Source of the DNA: Bacteroidota bacterium
Lineage (GTDB): Bacteria; Bacteroidota; Bacteroidia; Bacteroidales; CG2-30-32-10
Assembly: GCA_013377115.1 (NCBI GenBank)
Contig: JACAAW010000002.1
Coordinates: 2,200-66,199, forward strand
Direction of reading: 5' to 3'
Length of the DNA stretch: 64,000 nt
This document shows, piece by piece, positions 1 to 11,638 of this stretch; within the stretch, counting starts at the first letter, position 1; each line of letters starts with the position of its first letter. The notes under the pieces are model-generated. The model searched no databases. It saw nothing but the letters and a program-made list of their open reading frames with translations, and was not told where the DNA came from. Made by a program: the position numbers and the translations under genes.

Positions 1-443
1 TGTAGGGCTTCAACTAAGTTTACCTTTTCATTAACCTGAATGTCTTCAATTAAATGAATCAAAACTTCAGTATCAGTATTACTAGAAAATTGATACCCAC
101 GGTTAATCAACTCCTTTTTTAATGAGGCGTAATTTTCAATAATTCCATTATGTATTATTGCTAATTTCCTTGATTGTGAAAAGTGGGGATGAGCATTTTC
201 GTCGTTTGGTTCCCCGTGAGTCGCCCAACGTGTGTGAGCAATTCCGATGGTACCATGTAAATTCAAATCTTTAACATGATCCTCTAAATCAGAAACTTTT
301 CCTTTACATTTATAAAGGTTTAAATCACCATTTAATAATGCAATTCCAGCGCTATCGTAGCCTCTATATTCGAGTCTATGCAGTCCTTTAATAAGTATTG
401 GATACGCTTGTTTTGGTCCAATATAGGCAACTATTCCACACAT
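1..443 (-). CDS. glmS: glutamine--fructose-6-phosphate aminotransferase, N-terminal part (gene runs off the window start)
   Basis: Absent from the ORF track because it is truncated. The reverse strand from the ATG at 443..441 reads MCGIVAYIGPKQAYPILIKGLHRLEYRGYDSAGIALLNGDLNLYKCKGKVSDLEDHVKDLNLHGTIGIAHTRWATHGEPNDENAHPHF. This is the Cys2 class-II glutamine amidotransferase domain of GlmS. Confidence 0.9.
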   Translation of the reverse strand, partial: MCGIVAYIGPKQAYPILIKGLHRLEYRGYDSAGIALLNGDLNLYKCKGKVSDLEDHVKDLNLHGTIGIAHTRWATHGEPNDENAHPHFSQSRKLAIIHNGIIENYASLKKELINRGYQFSSNTDTEVLIHLIEDIQVNEKVNLVEAL

Positions 444-452
444 AATAAAAAG

Positions 453-1796
453 TTAGATTTTTGTATAGGTTAGCTTTAATTTAAATCTACCAGGATTATT
501 AATATCTGTTCCTTTAAGAATTACTCTGTTGGTATAAATTGCAGCTCCAGAAACCATCAAATACAGACCTTCGTTTGTAATTGTATTGTTCAGAATTCCT
601 TGAATATACCTGGTAATATTGAATTTATATTGTTTTGTTGTTGAATTATAAATTCCACCAAAATGAGTATCGCCTTCAAATTGATCTAAAACAAAAGTGT
701 TTATTCCATTGGCATTATTTTTCACTAATGCCATTCTTGCTGCTGGAACTAATGGAATTGTACTTAATCCCAAATCATTTACATTCATTATCAACTCTGC
801 CTTGTTTATTGCAACCTGATTATTTGTAACAAAGTTTTTTATATAAGGAAAAAATAATTTTACTTTCACTCCTGCCATTGCTTGAAGAAATAAATTTTTT
901 GTTCCAGAAGTCAAAGTGTCGGAAATAAAAGGAAATACATGTTGTTTAAATTCTGTAGAAGCATGAACGTAATTATAATGATTAAAATTATTGAAACGTG
1001 CGCAATACTCATTTACAACAAAATTAAACTGCAAAGAATCATTCAAAGCCCCACCAGTGCCACTGTTATTTTTATAGAAAAGTGTCATTCTTGATAAAGA
1101 AGAAGTTAGATCAAACATCATCAGTGCACCACCGGTATTAACAGCCTGTGATTCAATTTTTAAACCTTTAAAAAAATCAAGAAATGCATTATTATCGGCC
1201 AAGGTTGCTTGTCCTGAAGCATTAAAAAACTTTTGCGCTAATGATGCGTTCAATTTTATACGGAGATGTGGAGCGTATTTTTTTCCCAAAATTTTAACGC
1301 TATCTCTTGGATGAGGTGAAAATGTTTTCGAGCCCACTAATGTTCCTGATAATACCTTATTCGAATAATAACTTTGATCCAAAGCCAAGTTATCCGAAAG
1401 TTCGTAAACTTTTACATTTTGGATTGTTGTAGTATCTCCATAATAACCTCTATATGCTAATGAAAGCACCAAAGAATCAAGAGTTGGAGTAATTCCGAAA
1501 TTTAGATTGTTAGTTGAAATACGATATTGTGTATAAATGCTAGCAGTTGTTTTTCCAAATTCTGGGTCTAAATAACTTCCCAAAATATTGTAAGCAGTTT
1601 CATCTGTTCTCACAGAATCTTCCACTTTTGAAAATGCAATTACTGTTGAAGTATCACTAAACAAAACATTCAACTCATCAGAACCTGGTTGTTCATTAAG
1701 TCCAATTGTATCCTTATCTGTGCATGAAACAATAAACAAACAAAGGAAAACAATAGCAAAAATTGTTTTTCCTTTGAATATTGTTTTAACAGACAA
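453..1796 (-). CDS. putative lipoprotein, DUF4270-like (family assignment from memory of Bacteroidota synteny)
   Basis: The track ORF is 453..1868. The upstream ATGs overlap the 3' end of the glycogen synthase gene. A TTG at 1796 gives MSVKTIFKGKTIFAIVFLCLFIVSCTD, a lipoprotein-type signal with Cys. The gene sits between glmS and glycogen synthase. Confidence 0.55.
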   Translation of the reverse strand: MSVKTIFKGKTIFAIVFLCLFIVSCTDKDTIGLNEQPGSDELNVLFSDTSTVIAFSKVEDSVRTDETAYNILGSYLDPEFGKTTASIYTQYRISTNNLNFGITPTLDSLVLSLAYRGYYGDTTTIQNVKVYELSDNLALDQSYYSNKVLSGTLVGSKTFSPHPRDSVKILGKKYAPHLRIKLNASLAQKFFNASGQATLADNNAFLDFFKGLKIESQAVNTGGALMMFDLTSSLSRMTLFYKNNSGTGGALNDSLQFNFVVNEYCARFNNFNHYNYVHASTEFKQHVFPFISDTLTSGTKNLFLQAMAGVKVKLFFPYIKNFVTNNQVAINKAELIMNVNDLGLSTIPLVPAARMALVKNNANGINTFVLDQFEGDTHFGGIYNSTTKQYKFNITRYIQGILNNTITNEGLYLMVSGAAIYTNRVILKGTDINNPGRFKLKLTYTKI

Positions 1797-1809
1797 TTTT
1801 AGAGTTCTA

Positions 1810-2634
1810 TTAAGCAAGAACAGGCTCGTTGACCAAAATTTCATCGTAGAATTCAGAGTATGCATCAATATATTTATCCATTGGTTGAAAACCTAATACC
1901 GGTTTATTAATTTCGCTTAAATAACTTACAATTTCCGGATTTATTGTTTCACTTCCAATAATAACTGCATCTGAGAAATCTATTGCAGCTTTAGTGATAT
2001 TAGCAAAGGTTGCTTTTTTGTAGTGTTTTAAATCGGCCTCTTCAATTCCTTCTAATTTAATTTTATCAATATAGTTCTTATTAAATGCAGCAGTGAAGTC
2101 GTCATCATAAATTGAATAAACAATTTTGGTGTCAGTGAAAAGTGGATTGTCTTTAAATGCTTTTTTCAAATAAATAGGCATCAAATTTGTCATCCATCCA
2201 TGACAATGAACAACGTCAGGAGCCCAGCCAAGTTTTTTTACAGTTTCAATAACACCACGGCAGAAGAAAATAGCTCTCTCATCATTGTCGTTATAAAACT
2301 TTTCGTTTTTATCGTGAAAAACATATTTTCTTTGGAAAAAGTCTTCATTGTCGATAAAATAAATTTGCATTCTTGCACATTGGATAGAGGCAACTTTTAT
2401 TATTAGAGGATGATCTGTATCGTTAATAATTAAATTCATACCTGATAAACGAATAACTTCATGAAGCTGATTTCTTCTTTCGTTGATACATCCGTAACGC
2501 GGCATAAATGTTCTTATTTCCTTACCCCTTTCTTGAATACCTTGTGGTAAATACCTGCCAATGATTCCCATCGGACTGTCTTTTAAATAAGGAGTAATTT
2601 CTTGCTGAACAAAAAGAACTTTTGGTTTTTCCAT
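1810..2634 (-). CDS. glycogen/starch synthase-like glycosyltransferase (short Bacteroidota form)
   Basis: MEKPKVLFVQQEITPYLKDSPMGIIGRYLPQGIQERGKEIRTFMPRYG ... DVVHCHGWMT resembles the starch synthase catalytic N-domain. I prefer the second Met at 2634 over the track start at 2658. Confidence 0.75.
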   Translation of the reverse strand: MEKPKVLFVQQEITPYLKDSPMGIIGRYLPQGIQERGKEIRTFMPRYGCINERRNQLHEVIRLSGMNLIINDTDHPLIIKVASIQCARMQIYFIDNEDFFQRKYVFHDKNEKFYNDNDERAIFFCRGVIETVKKLGWAPDVVHCHGWMTNLMPIYLKKAFKDNPLFTDTKIVYSIYDDDFTAAFNKNYIDKIKLEGIEEADLKHYKKATFANITKAAIDFSDAVIIGSETINPEIVSYLSEINKPVLGFQPMDKYIDAYSEFYDEILVNEPVLA

Positions 2635-2921
2635 GTTTATTATATTTAAACTAAACATTAAATTTATAAAAAAAAAATAATTTTTTTGGGTGGTGTTTAC
2701 ACTTAAATCTTATTAGTAAAAACACTTAACCTAAAATTAATTATAACTTCTTTTTACTTTTATGCAAAATTATTAAAAAAAACAATAATATTCAAGTTTT
2801 TCGTATTAGCTTTGCGCTTTTATTTTTAAAACAAACAGTCTACACCAATTATTTTGGTCAAACACTTGTTTTTTTACGCCTAAAATGTGCTTTTTTACAA
2901 CTAAATCCCATCAGCTTTTCA

Positions 2922-3764
2922 ATGAAAATATTCAAATCTATATTGCTTCTAAATAATTTTTTGAACGAAATACGAAGTCAAAATAAGACTATTGGTTTTG
3001 TTCCAACAATGGGGGCGCTGCATAGCGGACATTTGTCTTTATTGAAAAAATCAAAATCAGAAAATGATTTTACAATCTGCAGCATTTTTGTCAATCCAAA
3101 ACAATTTAACAATAAAGAAGATTTAGAGAAATATCCTCGAAATATCGAAGACGATATCGAAATTTTAAAAACAGTAAATTGCGATATCCTTTTTTGTCCA
3201 TCTGAAGAAGAAATGTACCCAGAAAAAAATGATGAAATTTTTGACTTAGGAGGTTTGGATAAAGTAATGGAGGGGAAATATCGACCAGGGCATTTTAACG
3301 GTGTTGCAATCGTTGTAAAAAGGTTTTTTGATATCATTATGCCCAACCAGGCTTACTTTGGGGAAAAAGACTTTCAGCAAATGAGAATTATTCAGCACAT
3401 TGTTGGTTTTAATAAAATGCCAATCCAGATTGTTCCAGCTCCAATAGAACGCGAAAATGATGGTTTGGCTATGAGTTCAAGAAATGTACGCTTAAACCAA
3501 GAGGAGAGAAAAATTGCCCCCAAAATTTACCAAACACTCCTAAACGCTAAAGAAATGGCAATAAATTGTACATTTTCGGAAGTTATTAATTATGTAAATA
3601 GAGAAATAGCATCCATAAAACCCTTTAAATTGGAGTATTTCGAAATAGTAAATATTCAAAACCTAAAGTCTGTTGAAGACTTCAGTGAGAAAAAAAACTG
3701 TATTGCTTGTATTGCAGTTTATTTAGGAGATGTGAGATTGATTGATAATATAATTTTATTTTAG
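2922..3764 (+). CDS. panC: pantoate--beta-alanine ligase
   Basis: Carries the motifs GFVPTMGALHSGHLSLL, FVNPKQF and GEKDFQQ. The length (280 aa) fits, and panD follows. Confidence 0.95.
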   Translation: MKIFKSILLLNNFLNEIRSQNKTIGFVPTMGALHSGHLSLLKKSKSENDFTICSIFVNPKQFNNKEDLEKYPRNIEDDIEILKTVNCDILFCPSEEEMYPEKNDEIFDLGGLDKVMEGKYRPGHFNGVAIVVKRFFDIIMPNQAYFGEKDFQQMRIIQHIVGFNKMPIQIVPAPIERENDGLAMSSRNVRLNQEERKIAPKIYQTLLNAKEMAINCTFSEVINYVNREIASIKPFKLEYFEIVNIQNLKSVEDFSEKKNCIACIAVYLGDVRLIDNIILF

Positions 3765-3779
3765 TAATTTTGCAAAATT

Positions 3780-4127
3780 ATGCATATTCAAGTTTTAAAA
3801 TCAAAAATTCATAGGGTTGTTGTTACCCAAGCCGATATTAATTATATTGGAAGCATTACGATTGATGAAGATTTAATGAATGCTGCAAATCTTATTGAAA
3901 ACGAAAAAGTTCAGGTCATCAACCTAAACAATGGCGAAAGGCTCGAAACCTACGTTATTAAAGGCGATAGAGGAAGTGGTATTATTTGCTTAAATGGACC
4001 AGCTGCTAGAAAAGCCTTAGTTGGTGACATCGTTATTGTAATTTCTTTTGCAAGCATGGATTTCGAGGAAGCAAAAACCTTCAAGCCAACCGTCATTTTT
4101 CCCGCTGAAAATAATAAATTAAGATAA
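3780..4127 (+). CDS. panD: aspartate 1-decarboxylase
   Basis: [33 protein letters not shown] includes the pyruvoyl-forming G-S site. The protein is 115 aa. Confidence 0.95.
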   Translation: MHIQVLKSKIHRVVVTQADINYIGSITIDEDLMNAANLIENEKVQVINLNNGERLETYVIKGDRGSGIICLNGPAARKALVGDIVIVISFASMDFEEAKTFKPTVIFPAENNKLR

Positions 4128-4130
4128 TTC

Positions 4131-5153
4131 TTGAAAAAGAAATTAATATCTGTTTTTCAATACCTTATTTTCCTAATTATTGGAATCGGGCTTTTGTGGC
4201 TAGTTTTTCAAAAGCAGGATTTAAATAAAATCATCATTGAGTTCCAAAATGCTAACTATTTTTGGATTTTTCTTTCAATTTTAGTAGGAATATTGAGTCA
4301 TGTTTCTAGAGCAATTAGATGGAATCTCCTTATTTCCTCAATTGGTTATAAAACAAAAACCACAACCACCTTTTACGCTGTAATGATAGGCTATTTTGCA
4401 AATATGGCTATTCCAAGAATTGGAGAAATTACCCGTTGTGGAATTGTAAGCAAAAGCAACAAAATACCTTTAAACGCTGTAATCGGAACGGTTATTGCCG
4501 AACGAATTTTTGACATGCTTTGTTTGTTAATATTAATTATTGCTACCATTGCTTTTCAATTTGCATTCCTAAAGGATTTTTTGAATAAAATGCTCATTGA
4601 ACCTCTTCTCTCTAAATTCTCATTTAATACCATTTCAATAATTATTCTTTGCATTGGTATTATTATTTTGGGATTAGCTTTTTATTTTGGATACAAACTC
4701 CTTATAAAAATTTTGAAGAAAAGAAGGTTCTTTTACAAATTAAAGAGACTGGTAGTTGGGTTTATTATTGGAATAAAGTCCATAAAAAAAATAAAAAGGA
4801 AGGAATTGTTTATTTTCCACACTGTTTTTATTTGGGCAATGTATGTCCTAATGCTTTATTTATGCTTTTTTGCAATAAAATCAACATCAAACCTAACTTT
4901 TGTTGATGCAATTACAATAACAGTAATTGGAAGTCTTGGTATTGTTGCTCCTGTTCCTGGCGGAATTGGAACCTATCATTTTTTAGTTACAATAACATTG
5001 GTAGAATTGTTTAATATTGCAAAAGAATCTGCAGCTTCATTGGCAATTATTGTGCATGAATCACAAGCGGTAATGATGATTGTTTTAGGAGTAATATCAT
5101 TGATCTTAATCTTTTTTCTCAACAAAAAAAATAAAGAAAATGAAGAAATTTGA
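4131..5153 (+). CDS. flippase-like / lysylphosphatidylglycerol-synthase transmembrane-domain protein (UPF0104)
   Basis: TTG start. Polytopic membrane protein with RAIRWNLL...ANMAIPRIGEITRCG, typical of the UPF0104 family. Confidence 0.7.
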   Translation: MKKKLISVFQYLIFLIIGIGLLWLVFQKQDLNKIIIEFQNANYFWIFLSILVGILSHVSRAIRWNLLISSIGYKTKTTTTFYAVMIGYFANMAIPRIGEITRCGIVSKSNKIPLNAVIGTVIAERIFDMLCLLILIIATIAFQFAFLKDFLNKMLIEPLLSKFSFNTISIIILCIGIIILGLAFYFGYKLLIKILKKRRFFYKLKRLVVGFIIGIKSIKKIKRKELFIFHTVFIWAMYVLMLYLCFFAIKSTSNLTFVDAITITVIGSLGIVAPVPGGIGTYHFLVTITLVELFNIAKESAASLAIIVHESQAVMMIVLGVISLILIFFLNKKNKENEEI

Positions 5154-5631
5154 AATCCTTCAAGCTAAATTATTGACAGAAGAAACAATTAAAAAGCAAA
5201 TTTCTGAATGGCGTTCAGATGGTAAAAAAATAGTTTTCACCAATGGATGTTTTGATATTATACATCGTGGCCATATTGATTACCTGTCAAAAGCTGCTGA
5301 CGAAGGAAAAATTTTAATTATTGGTTTAAATACTGATAGTTCCGTTCGAAAATTAAAAGGTCCAAAAAGACCAATAAACGACGAACTTTCACGAGCACTA
5401 ATTCTTGGCTCTTTTTTCTTTGTAGATGCTATAATTCTTTTTAATGAAGAAACTCCTTTTAATTTAATTAACACAATTAAACCAGATGTGCTAATTAAAG
5501 GAAGCGATTACCAAATTGAAGAAATTGTTGGATATGATATTCTCAAATCATATGGAGGAATTGTTAAAACCATATCTTTTTTAGATGGATTTTCTACTTC
5601 TGCTATTGAAAACAAAATCAAAAATCAATAG
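5140..5631 (+). CDS. rfaE2: D-glycero-beta-D-manno-heptose 1-phosphate adenylyltransferase (cytidylyltransferase fold)
   Basis: KIVFTNGCFDIIHRGHIDYL ... GLNTDSSVRKLKGPKRPIN ... IKGSDY. It overlaps the previous gene by 14 nt. Confidence 0.85.
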   Translation: MKKFEILQAKLLTEETIKKQISEWRSDGKKIVFTNGCFDIIHRGHIDYLSKAADEGKILIIGLNTDSSVRKLKGPKRPINDELSRALILGSFFFVDAIILFNEETPFNLINTIKPDVLIKGSDYQIEEIVGYDILKSYGGIVKTISFLDGFSTSAIENKIKNQ

Positions 5632-5776
5632 TTTTCCTATTTTCTCTTCAAAATATTTGCATTTGTTTTAAGAAATTTAGCATTTATTATTAAAAACACG
5701 TAAAAATACGATTGTTTTTCAAAAAAAAAATTTCGACTTTTACAGGAAAATATTTTCTACATTATAATTTTCTGCA

Positions 5777-8700
5777 ATGCTAGAGGAACAATTGAGGGAA
5801 AAAACGGAGGCAAATATTTCTTTTAATTTACTACTGTCTAATCTAGACGGAATGGTATACCGTTGTAGAAATGATGAATTTTGGACAATGGAATTCATTA
5901 GCCAAGGTTGTTTTGAGTTAACTGGGTTTTATGATTTTGATTTTATTAAAAACCAAACCAAGACATTTATTGAAATCATTCATCCTGAAGATAGAGAAAT
6001 GGTTCGAACAACCATTAATGAAGCCATTTTAAAAAAAGAAAAATTTAAGATAATTTACCGAATAATTACTGCCACTGGTATTGAAAAATGGGTTTTGGAA
6101 AGAGGCTCGGGTGTTTGGGATAACCAGAACAATCTTCAAGCTCTTGAAGGTGTTATTGGTGATTTTTCTGACATAAAATCGGCTGAAAAAATTCAAAAAG
6201 TTATTTACAATATTTCCGATGCTGCAAATTCTTCTGAATCTTTAGAGGACTTGTACAAAACAATCCATATCGTTCTTGAGGAATTAATGAATACTGAAAA
6301 TTTCTATATCGCGTTATATGATTCCGAAAAAAACATAATCAATTTTCCATATTTTGTTGATAAATATGATGAAATACCAGAGCCTAGGCCACTAGGAAAT
6401 GGACTTACTGATCTCGTCATTAAAAAAGGAGAAGCTTTTCTGGGTGATTGGAAAGCCATAAAAAGGCTTTATGACGAAAACAAACTATCTCACATTGGTC
6501 AAGAAGCTAGTGTTTGGCTTGGGGTACCTCTAAAAGCAAAAGGAAAAATAATTGGTGTTTTAACAGTTCAAAGCTATAATAAATCTATTCATCTTGGCGA
6601 AAAGGAAAAAGAAATATTGACCTTTATTTCTGAGCAAATTGCAATGGCAATTGAACAAAAAAGAGCAGAAAAAGCATTAAAAGACAGTGAGGCAAAATAT
6701 CGACTATTAGCCGAATTATCTAACGACATTATTTGGACGGTAAGTCTTGATCTAAAATACACTTATATCAGTCCTTCAATATTTTTACAGCGGGGCTATA
6801 CTCAAGAAGAGTTTTTGAATCTTCCTTTGGAAAAAATTTATACCGAAGAATCTCTTAATTTAGTAAAAAGCACCTTTTCAAGAGAAATAGGCTATGTACT
6901 GCAAGGAATAATAACTGATAAAGATTATTCCTTTACGACAGAATTAGAAGACCTATGTAAAGATGGAACAAAAAAATGGGGAGAAGTAAATACCAGACCT
7001 ATTTGGGATGAAAATGGGAAAATTTCTGGTATTCATGGAATTACAAGAGATATTACTGAACGAAGAAAAACTCAAGATGCATTAATTGAAAGCGAACACC
7101 AGTTTAGAGTTTTAGTATCCAACCTACCCGAAGTTGTGATGGTTTATAAGAACAATACCATTGTTTTTGTAAACGATTATATGAAAGTGATTTCTGGTTA
7201 TGAACCCAAGGAACTAATTGGAGAAAATATTTTTAAATTTATCCCCAATAAATACTGGCCAATAATAAAACTTAACATTGAAAAACGGTCGAAAGGAGAG
7301 AAAATTATTCCTTATGAAATTGAAGTCATAATAAAATCTGGTGAAAAAATAATTGTTCTTATTAGTGCCGATGTTGTAAATTTAAATAATGAGCCTTCGT
7401 TTCTGGTTGTATTATCTGATATTACAAAACGTAAACTTGAAGAAGAAGATTTAAAAAGATCAAAATTGCAAGCCGAATCAGCAAATAAGGCAAAATCTGA
7501 TTTTTTAGCAATGATGAGTCATGAAATAAGAACGCCAATGAACGGAGTAATTGGTATGACTGATTTATTGCAGCGGACTCATTTAAATAATGATCAACAA
7601 GATTATGTCGAAACCATAAAAATATGCAGCGAAAGCTTACTTTCGATAATAAACGAAATTTTAGACTTTTCAAAAATTGAATACGGAAAAATGGAGCTAG
7701 ACTCCGCAGCATTTGATTTAAGTAAATGCGTTAAAGATTCCTTTGGATTATTAGAATTAAAAGCGCAGGAAAAAAACATACGTTTAGGCTATTTAATTGA
7801 CGATGAAGTATGGTCCTGCTATGAAGGCGACATTCTGCGACTCCGACAAATCCTGGTAAACATTTTAAACAACGCCATAAAATACACTGAGAAAGGCAGT
7901 ATTGAATTAAACGTCAAACTATTAAATGACAATGAGAACTTTCAAAAAATTCAATTTTCAATAAAAGACACTGGAATTGGAATTGCTCCAGATAAAAAAG
8001 AGCTCCTTTTTAATCCATTTTTTCAAATTGATTCTTCAACAACAAGAAAACACGGAGGAACAGGACTTGGCTTGGTAATCTGCCAGAGATTGGTTCGCAT
8101 GATGGACGGAGAGATTTGGGTAGAAAGCACTTTGGGCAATGGTTCTGAATTCTTTTTTACTGTTCAATTAAAAAAATCAAATCTTTGCGAATTCATCAAT
8201 TTTGAAAACGATGTAATGAGCGAATTAATTGACAAAAAAGCCCTAATTCACACTAATAGTGCATTAAATACTGACATCCTCAAAACTATTTGCACTTCAA
8301 TTGGAATGCAAATAGAAACAACCGAAGAAATAGATAATTTCGAGGAAAATCCTTTTAAGAATTTGGATCTTTTAGATCTGCTAATATTTGATTTCAGTGG
8401 ATTTTCAAATGAAAAAATTGCTTCCATTTTAGAATACACCAATAAATTTAACACTCCTATTGTTTTGGTTTCATCTTCATTTATTGAAATCGAAAATGAA
8501 AAAAATGAAAATTACCATTTTATTCAAAAACCTTTTTCTCAAATCTCTTTTAAGGAAACTCTTTTCAGAGTCTTTTCAGAAAAAGAAACTGAAATAATTG
8601 AAGATCTTGATGAAAAACTTTCTCTTCGAATACCTCTGAAAATTCTTGTTGCCGAAGACAATGTCATTAATCAAAAAATGGTTTTAAAACTTCTCCAATA

Positions 8701-9004
8701 TTTTGGATATTCTGCTGATGTTGTTGAAAATGGAGAAGACGCAATTAGGGCAATTGAAAATAATAATTTCGACATCATATTTATGGATGTTCATATGCCA
8801 ATTAAAGATGGTTTAGAAGCAACGAAAGAAATCATAAATAATCCCGAAATTATTAAAAAGCCAATTATTATTGCAATAACAGCAAATGCAATGTTTGGGG
8901 ATAGAGATATTTGTCTAAAAGCTGGAATGAGCGATTATCTTTGCAAACCTGTTAGACTGGATGAAATAAAAAGGATTTTAGAGTTTTGGGGACCAATTAA
9001 ATAA
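5777..9004 (+). CDS. cytoplasmic hybrid sensor histidine kinase/response regulator (PAS-GAF-PAS-PAS-HisKA-HATPase-REC)
   Basis: H-box [16 protein letters not shown] boxes [14 protein letters not shown] and GGTGLGL. C-terminal receiver [11 protein letters not shown]...[10 protein letters not shown]...AITANA. Several PAS-like segments are separated by coiled-coil linkers. Confidence 0.9.
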   Translation: MLEEQLREKTEANISFNLLLSNLDGMVYRCRNDEFWTMEFISQGCFELTGFYDFDFIKNQTKTFIEIIHPEDREMVRTTINEAILKKEKFKIIYRIITATGIEKWVLERGSGVWDNQNNLQALEGVIGDFSDIKSAEKIQKVIYNISDAANSSESLEDLYKTIHIVLEELMNTENFYIALYDSEKNIINFPYFVDKYDEIPEPRPLGNGLTDLVIKKGEAFLGDWKAIKRLYDENKLSHIGQEASVWLGVPLKAKGKIIGVLTVQSYNKSIHLGEKEKEILTFISEQIAMAIEQKRAEKALKDSEAKYRLLAELSNDIIWTVSLDLKYTYISPSIFLQRGYTQEEFLNLPLEKIYTEESLNLVKSTFSREIGYVLQGIITDKDYSFTTELEDLCKDGTKKWGEVNTRPIWDENGKISGIHGITRDITERRKTQDALIESEHQFRVLVSNLPEVVMVYKNNTIVFVNDYMKVISGYEPKELIGENIFKFIPNKYWPIIKLNIEKRSKGEKIIPYEIEVIIKSGEKIIVLISADVVNLNNEPSFLVVLSDITKRKLEEEDLKRSKLQAESANKAKSDFLAMMSHEIRTPMNGVIGMTDLLQRTHLNNDQQDYVETIKICSESLLSIINEILDFSKIEYGKMELDSAAFDLSKCVKDSFGLLELKAQEKNIRLGYLIDDEVWSCYEGDILRLRQILVNILNNAIKYTEKGSIELNVKLLNDNENFQKIQFSIKDTGIGIAPDKKELLFNPFFQIDSSTTRKHGGTGLGLVICQRLVRMMDGEIWVESTLGNGSEFFFTVQLKKSNLCEFINFENDVMSELIDKKALIHTNSALNTDILKTICTSIGMQIETTEEIDNFEENPFKNLDLLDLLIFDFSGFSNEKIASILEYTNKFNTPIVLVSSSFIEIENEKNENYHFIQKPFSQISFKETLFRVFSEKETEIIEDLDEKLSLRIPLKILVAEDNVINQKMVLKLLQYFGYSADVVENGEDAIRAIENNNFDIIFMDVHMPIKDGLEATKEIINNPEIIKKPIIIAITANAMFGDRDICLKAGMSDYLCKPVRLDEIKRILEFWGPIK

Positions 9005-9008
9005 ATTT

Positions 9009-11636
9009 ATGCGAAGAATTCACAATCAAATAATAGCCTTAATGTTCTTTCTTATTTTAGTGACGGCTATTGGATTGGTATTTTTGAGAATCTCTGAAAA
9101 TGGAAAAATTGCTATTCTTCGAAACGATTTTAAAACTCAAAAAGAAGGTCTTTTCGAAAAAATTGTGGAACTTAAAGGTAGCTCACTACGTTCCTTTGCT
9201 TTTGACTATACTTATTGGGATGAATTAGTAAATTATATAAAAGAGGAAGAACACCACCATAAACCAAATTGGCCAAAACAACAAATTGAACCTGCAATTC
9301 CAACCTATAATTTTCAAGTAGTTTGGATTTATAACATTGATTTTAAATTAATATATTCTCTTAACTTAACTAAGATCCCAACCCTCGATAGCTTTCCTTT
9401 AAATTTGAATACATTTTTTGAGAAAAATGGCAAAATTTCTTTTGTTCATTTTTTTATTCCTACTAATAAAGGAATTGTTGAGTTTCGTTCTGCTCCAGTT
9501 CAACCAACCCTTGATAATAAAAGAATTTCTGCACCTGTAGGATTTCTATTTGCTGGAAGAATTTGGAATAACGATTATATTAAGGAAATTGAGAATCTTT
9601 GCCAAACCGAAATTTCAACTTCATATTCAAAAGAATCTGAAACAGAAAATTCGCCCGTAGGAGAAATAGAGTCCATTCGTTTTTCAAAAACCCTTAATGG
9701 TTGGGATTCAAGACCTGTTGGGCAAGTTATTGTTCAAGCAAAATCAAAATTTATTCAAACATTTAAAACTCGTTCTGAAAACACCTTTAAGTTCATTTTA
9801 ATATTTGTAATTATAGGGCTTACTGTAATCGCGTTTTTTGTATTATATTTAGTTCGAAATCCTTTGTCTATTTTAATAAAATCATTAAACTCAGAAAATG
9901 TAAATCTTTTAACAAAAATTGAAAAAAACAAAAGTGATTTCGGTCTTTTGGCAAGATTAATAAAACGGTTTTTTCATCAAAAAAGAGAATTAGAAACCGA
10001 AATAATAGAAAGAAGAAAAATTGAAAAGGAATTATTAAGAACAAAGGAAGACGCTGAAGCGGCAAATCAGGCAAAATCAGAATTCTTAGCAACGATGAGT
10101 CATGAAATCAGGACTCCAATGAATGGAGTTATTGGAATGACTGGACTTTTATTGCGAACTAATCAAACCAAAGAACAACAGAGCTTCACTGAAACAATTC
10201 GCTTAAGTGGAGAATCATTAATGGTAATTATTAATGATATTCTTGATTTTTCCAAAATTGAAGCTAATAAAGTTGAATTAGAGGAACAACCATTTGAAAT
10301 AAATAGTTTCATGGAAGAAATTTTAGATTTGCTTGCCGTAAAAACTGAAGGCAAAAAAATTGAACTTCTTTATTTTATTGATCCAAAAATTTCAAAATTC
10401 ATTATCGGTGACTTGTCAAGATTAAGGCAAATTCTAGTGAATTTAATCGGAAACTCCATTAAATTTACTGAAAAAGGCGAGATTGAAATTGATATTAAAG
10501 AAATTCGAAATAATGAAAAATCAAAGGCAATTCTTGAATTCTCAATTCGTGATACAGGAATTGGAATTCCAAAAGAAAAGCAACATTTACTTTTTAATGC
10601 TTTTTCACAAATTGATTCATCTACCCGTAGAAAATATGGTGGGACAGGTTTGGGATTAGCTATTTCTACAAAACTAATTCAACTAATGGGTGGAAATATT
10701 AGTGTGGAAAGTGATTTGGGTCTAGGTACAAAATTTTCATTTACGATTGAAGTTTCTTATGCCTTACCTATCCATGATTCTTCTATTTCAAATGATGAGA
10801 ATATTCATTTAAAAAACAAAACCATTGCTATCATTGACAATAACAAAACAAATTGTCATATTTTATCAATGCAATGCCAGCTTTGGGGAATGATTCCTCT
10901 TGTTTTTGAAAACTTGGAAAATTTTATTGTTAACGCAAAGGCAATGATTGCTCCAGATATAGCAATTCTAAATTTGGAATCTAACAAAAAGGATCCAAAA
11001 TCTATTATTAAAGAGATTCGTTATTATCCAAATTTCGAAAAACTACCTCTCGTTTTGCTCACTTCAATAGGCGAAATTGAAAATGAAAATTATCAAAATC
11101 AGGATTTTCTGAAAGCAATTAGTAAGCCAATTAAGTTTAATTTATTGCTTGACGTTTTAAAAGACTTGCTCTCTTCAATTGGAAAAACAAATATTAAAAA
11201 AATAAAGGAAATCAACACGAATGTTAACCTGCAAGAAAAATACCCTTTATCAATAATGGTTGCAGAAGACAATCCAATAAACCAAGTAGTAACCAAACGT
11301 TTTCTGGAATCGCTTGGTTATTTTCCTCAAGTTGTAAGTAATGGTATTGAGGTTTTGGAATTGCTTAAAAAACAAAGTTTTGATATTATTTTTATGGACC
11401 TGCAAATGCCTGAAATGGATGGAATAGAAACTGCTGAAAATATTTTACAAACTTCCAATTCTGAAGAAAAACCAATAATAATTGCAATGACAGCAAATGT
11501 CTTTAAGGAAGATAAAGCAAATTGTTTTAAAGTTGGAATGCAAGATTTTTTAAGCAAACCTATTCAGTTTGATGAGATTCAAAATTCGCTAATAAAATGG
11601 AGCAACTTTCTAAAACAAAAAAGAGAAAACCAATAA
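9009..11636 (+). CDS. membrane hybrid sensor histidine kinase/response regulator with periplasmic CHASE4-like sensor
   Basis: Two TM segments bracket a sensor domain of about 230 aa that contains [11 protein letters not shown] (CHASE4-like). This is followed by [34 protein letters not shown] and the receiver [11 protein letters not shown]...[10 protein letters not shown]. Confidence 0.88.
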   Translation: MRRIHNQIIALMFFLILVTAIGLVFLRISENGKIAILRNDFKTQKEGLFEKIVELKGSSLRSFAFDYTYWDELVNYIKEEEHHHKPNWPKQQIEPAIPTYNFQVVWIYNIDFKLIYSLNLTKIPTLDSFPLNLNTFFEKNGKISFVHFFIPTNKGIVEFRSAPVQPTLDNKRISAPVGFLFAGRIWNNDYIKEIENLCQTEISTSYSKESETENSPVGEIESIRFSKTLNGWDSRPVGQVIVQAKSKFIQTFKTRSENTFKFILIFVIIGLTVIAFFVLYLVRNPLSILIKSLNSENVNLLTKIEKNKSDFGLLARLIKRFFHQKRELETEIIERRKIEKELLRTKEDAEAANQAKSEFLATMSHEIRTPMNGVIGMTGLLLRTNQTKEQQSFTETIRLSGESLMVIINDILDFSKIEANKVELEEQPFEINSFMEEILDLLAVKTEGKKIELLYFIDPKISKFIIGDLSRLRQILVNLIGNSIKFTEKGEIEIDIKEIRNNEKSKAILEFSIRDTGIGIPKEKQHLLFNAFSQIDSSTRRKYGGTGLGLAISTKLIQLMGGNISVESDLGLGTKFSFTIEVSYALPIHDSSISNDENIHLKNKTIAIIDNNKTNCHILSMQCQLWGMIPLVFENLENFIVNAKAMIAPDIAILNLESNKKDPKSIIKEIRYYPNFEKLPLVLLTSIGEIENENYQNQDFLKAISKPIKFNLLLDVLKDLLSSIGKTNIKKIKEINTNVNLQEKYPLSIMVAEDNPINQVVTKRFLESLGYFPQVVSNGIEVLELLKKQSFDIIFMDLQMPEMDGIETAENILQTSNSEEKPIIIAMTANVFKEDKANCFKVGMQDFLSKPIQFDEIQNSLIKWSNFLKQKRENQ

Positions 11637-11638
11637 AA

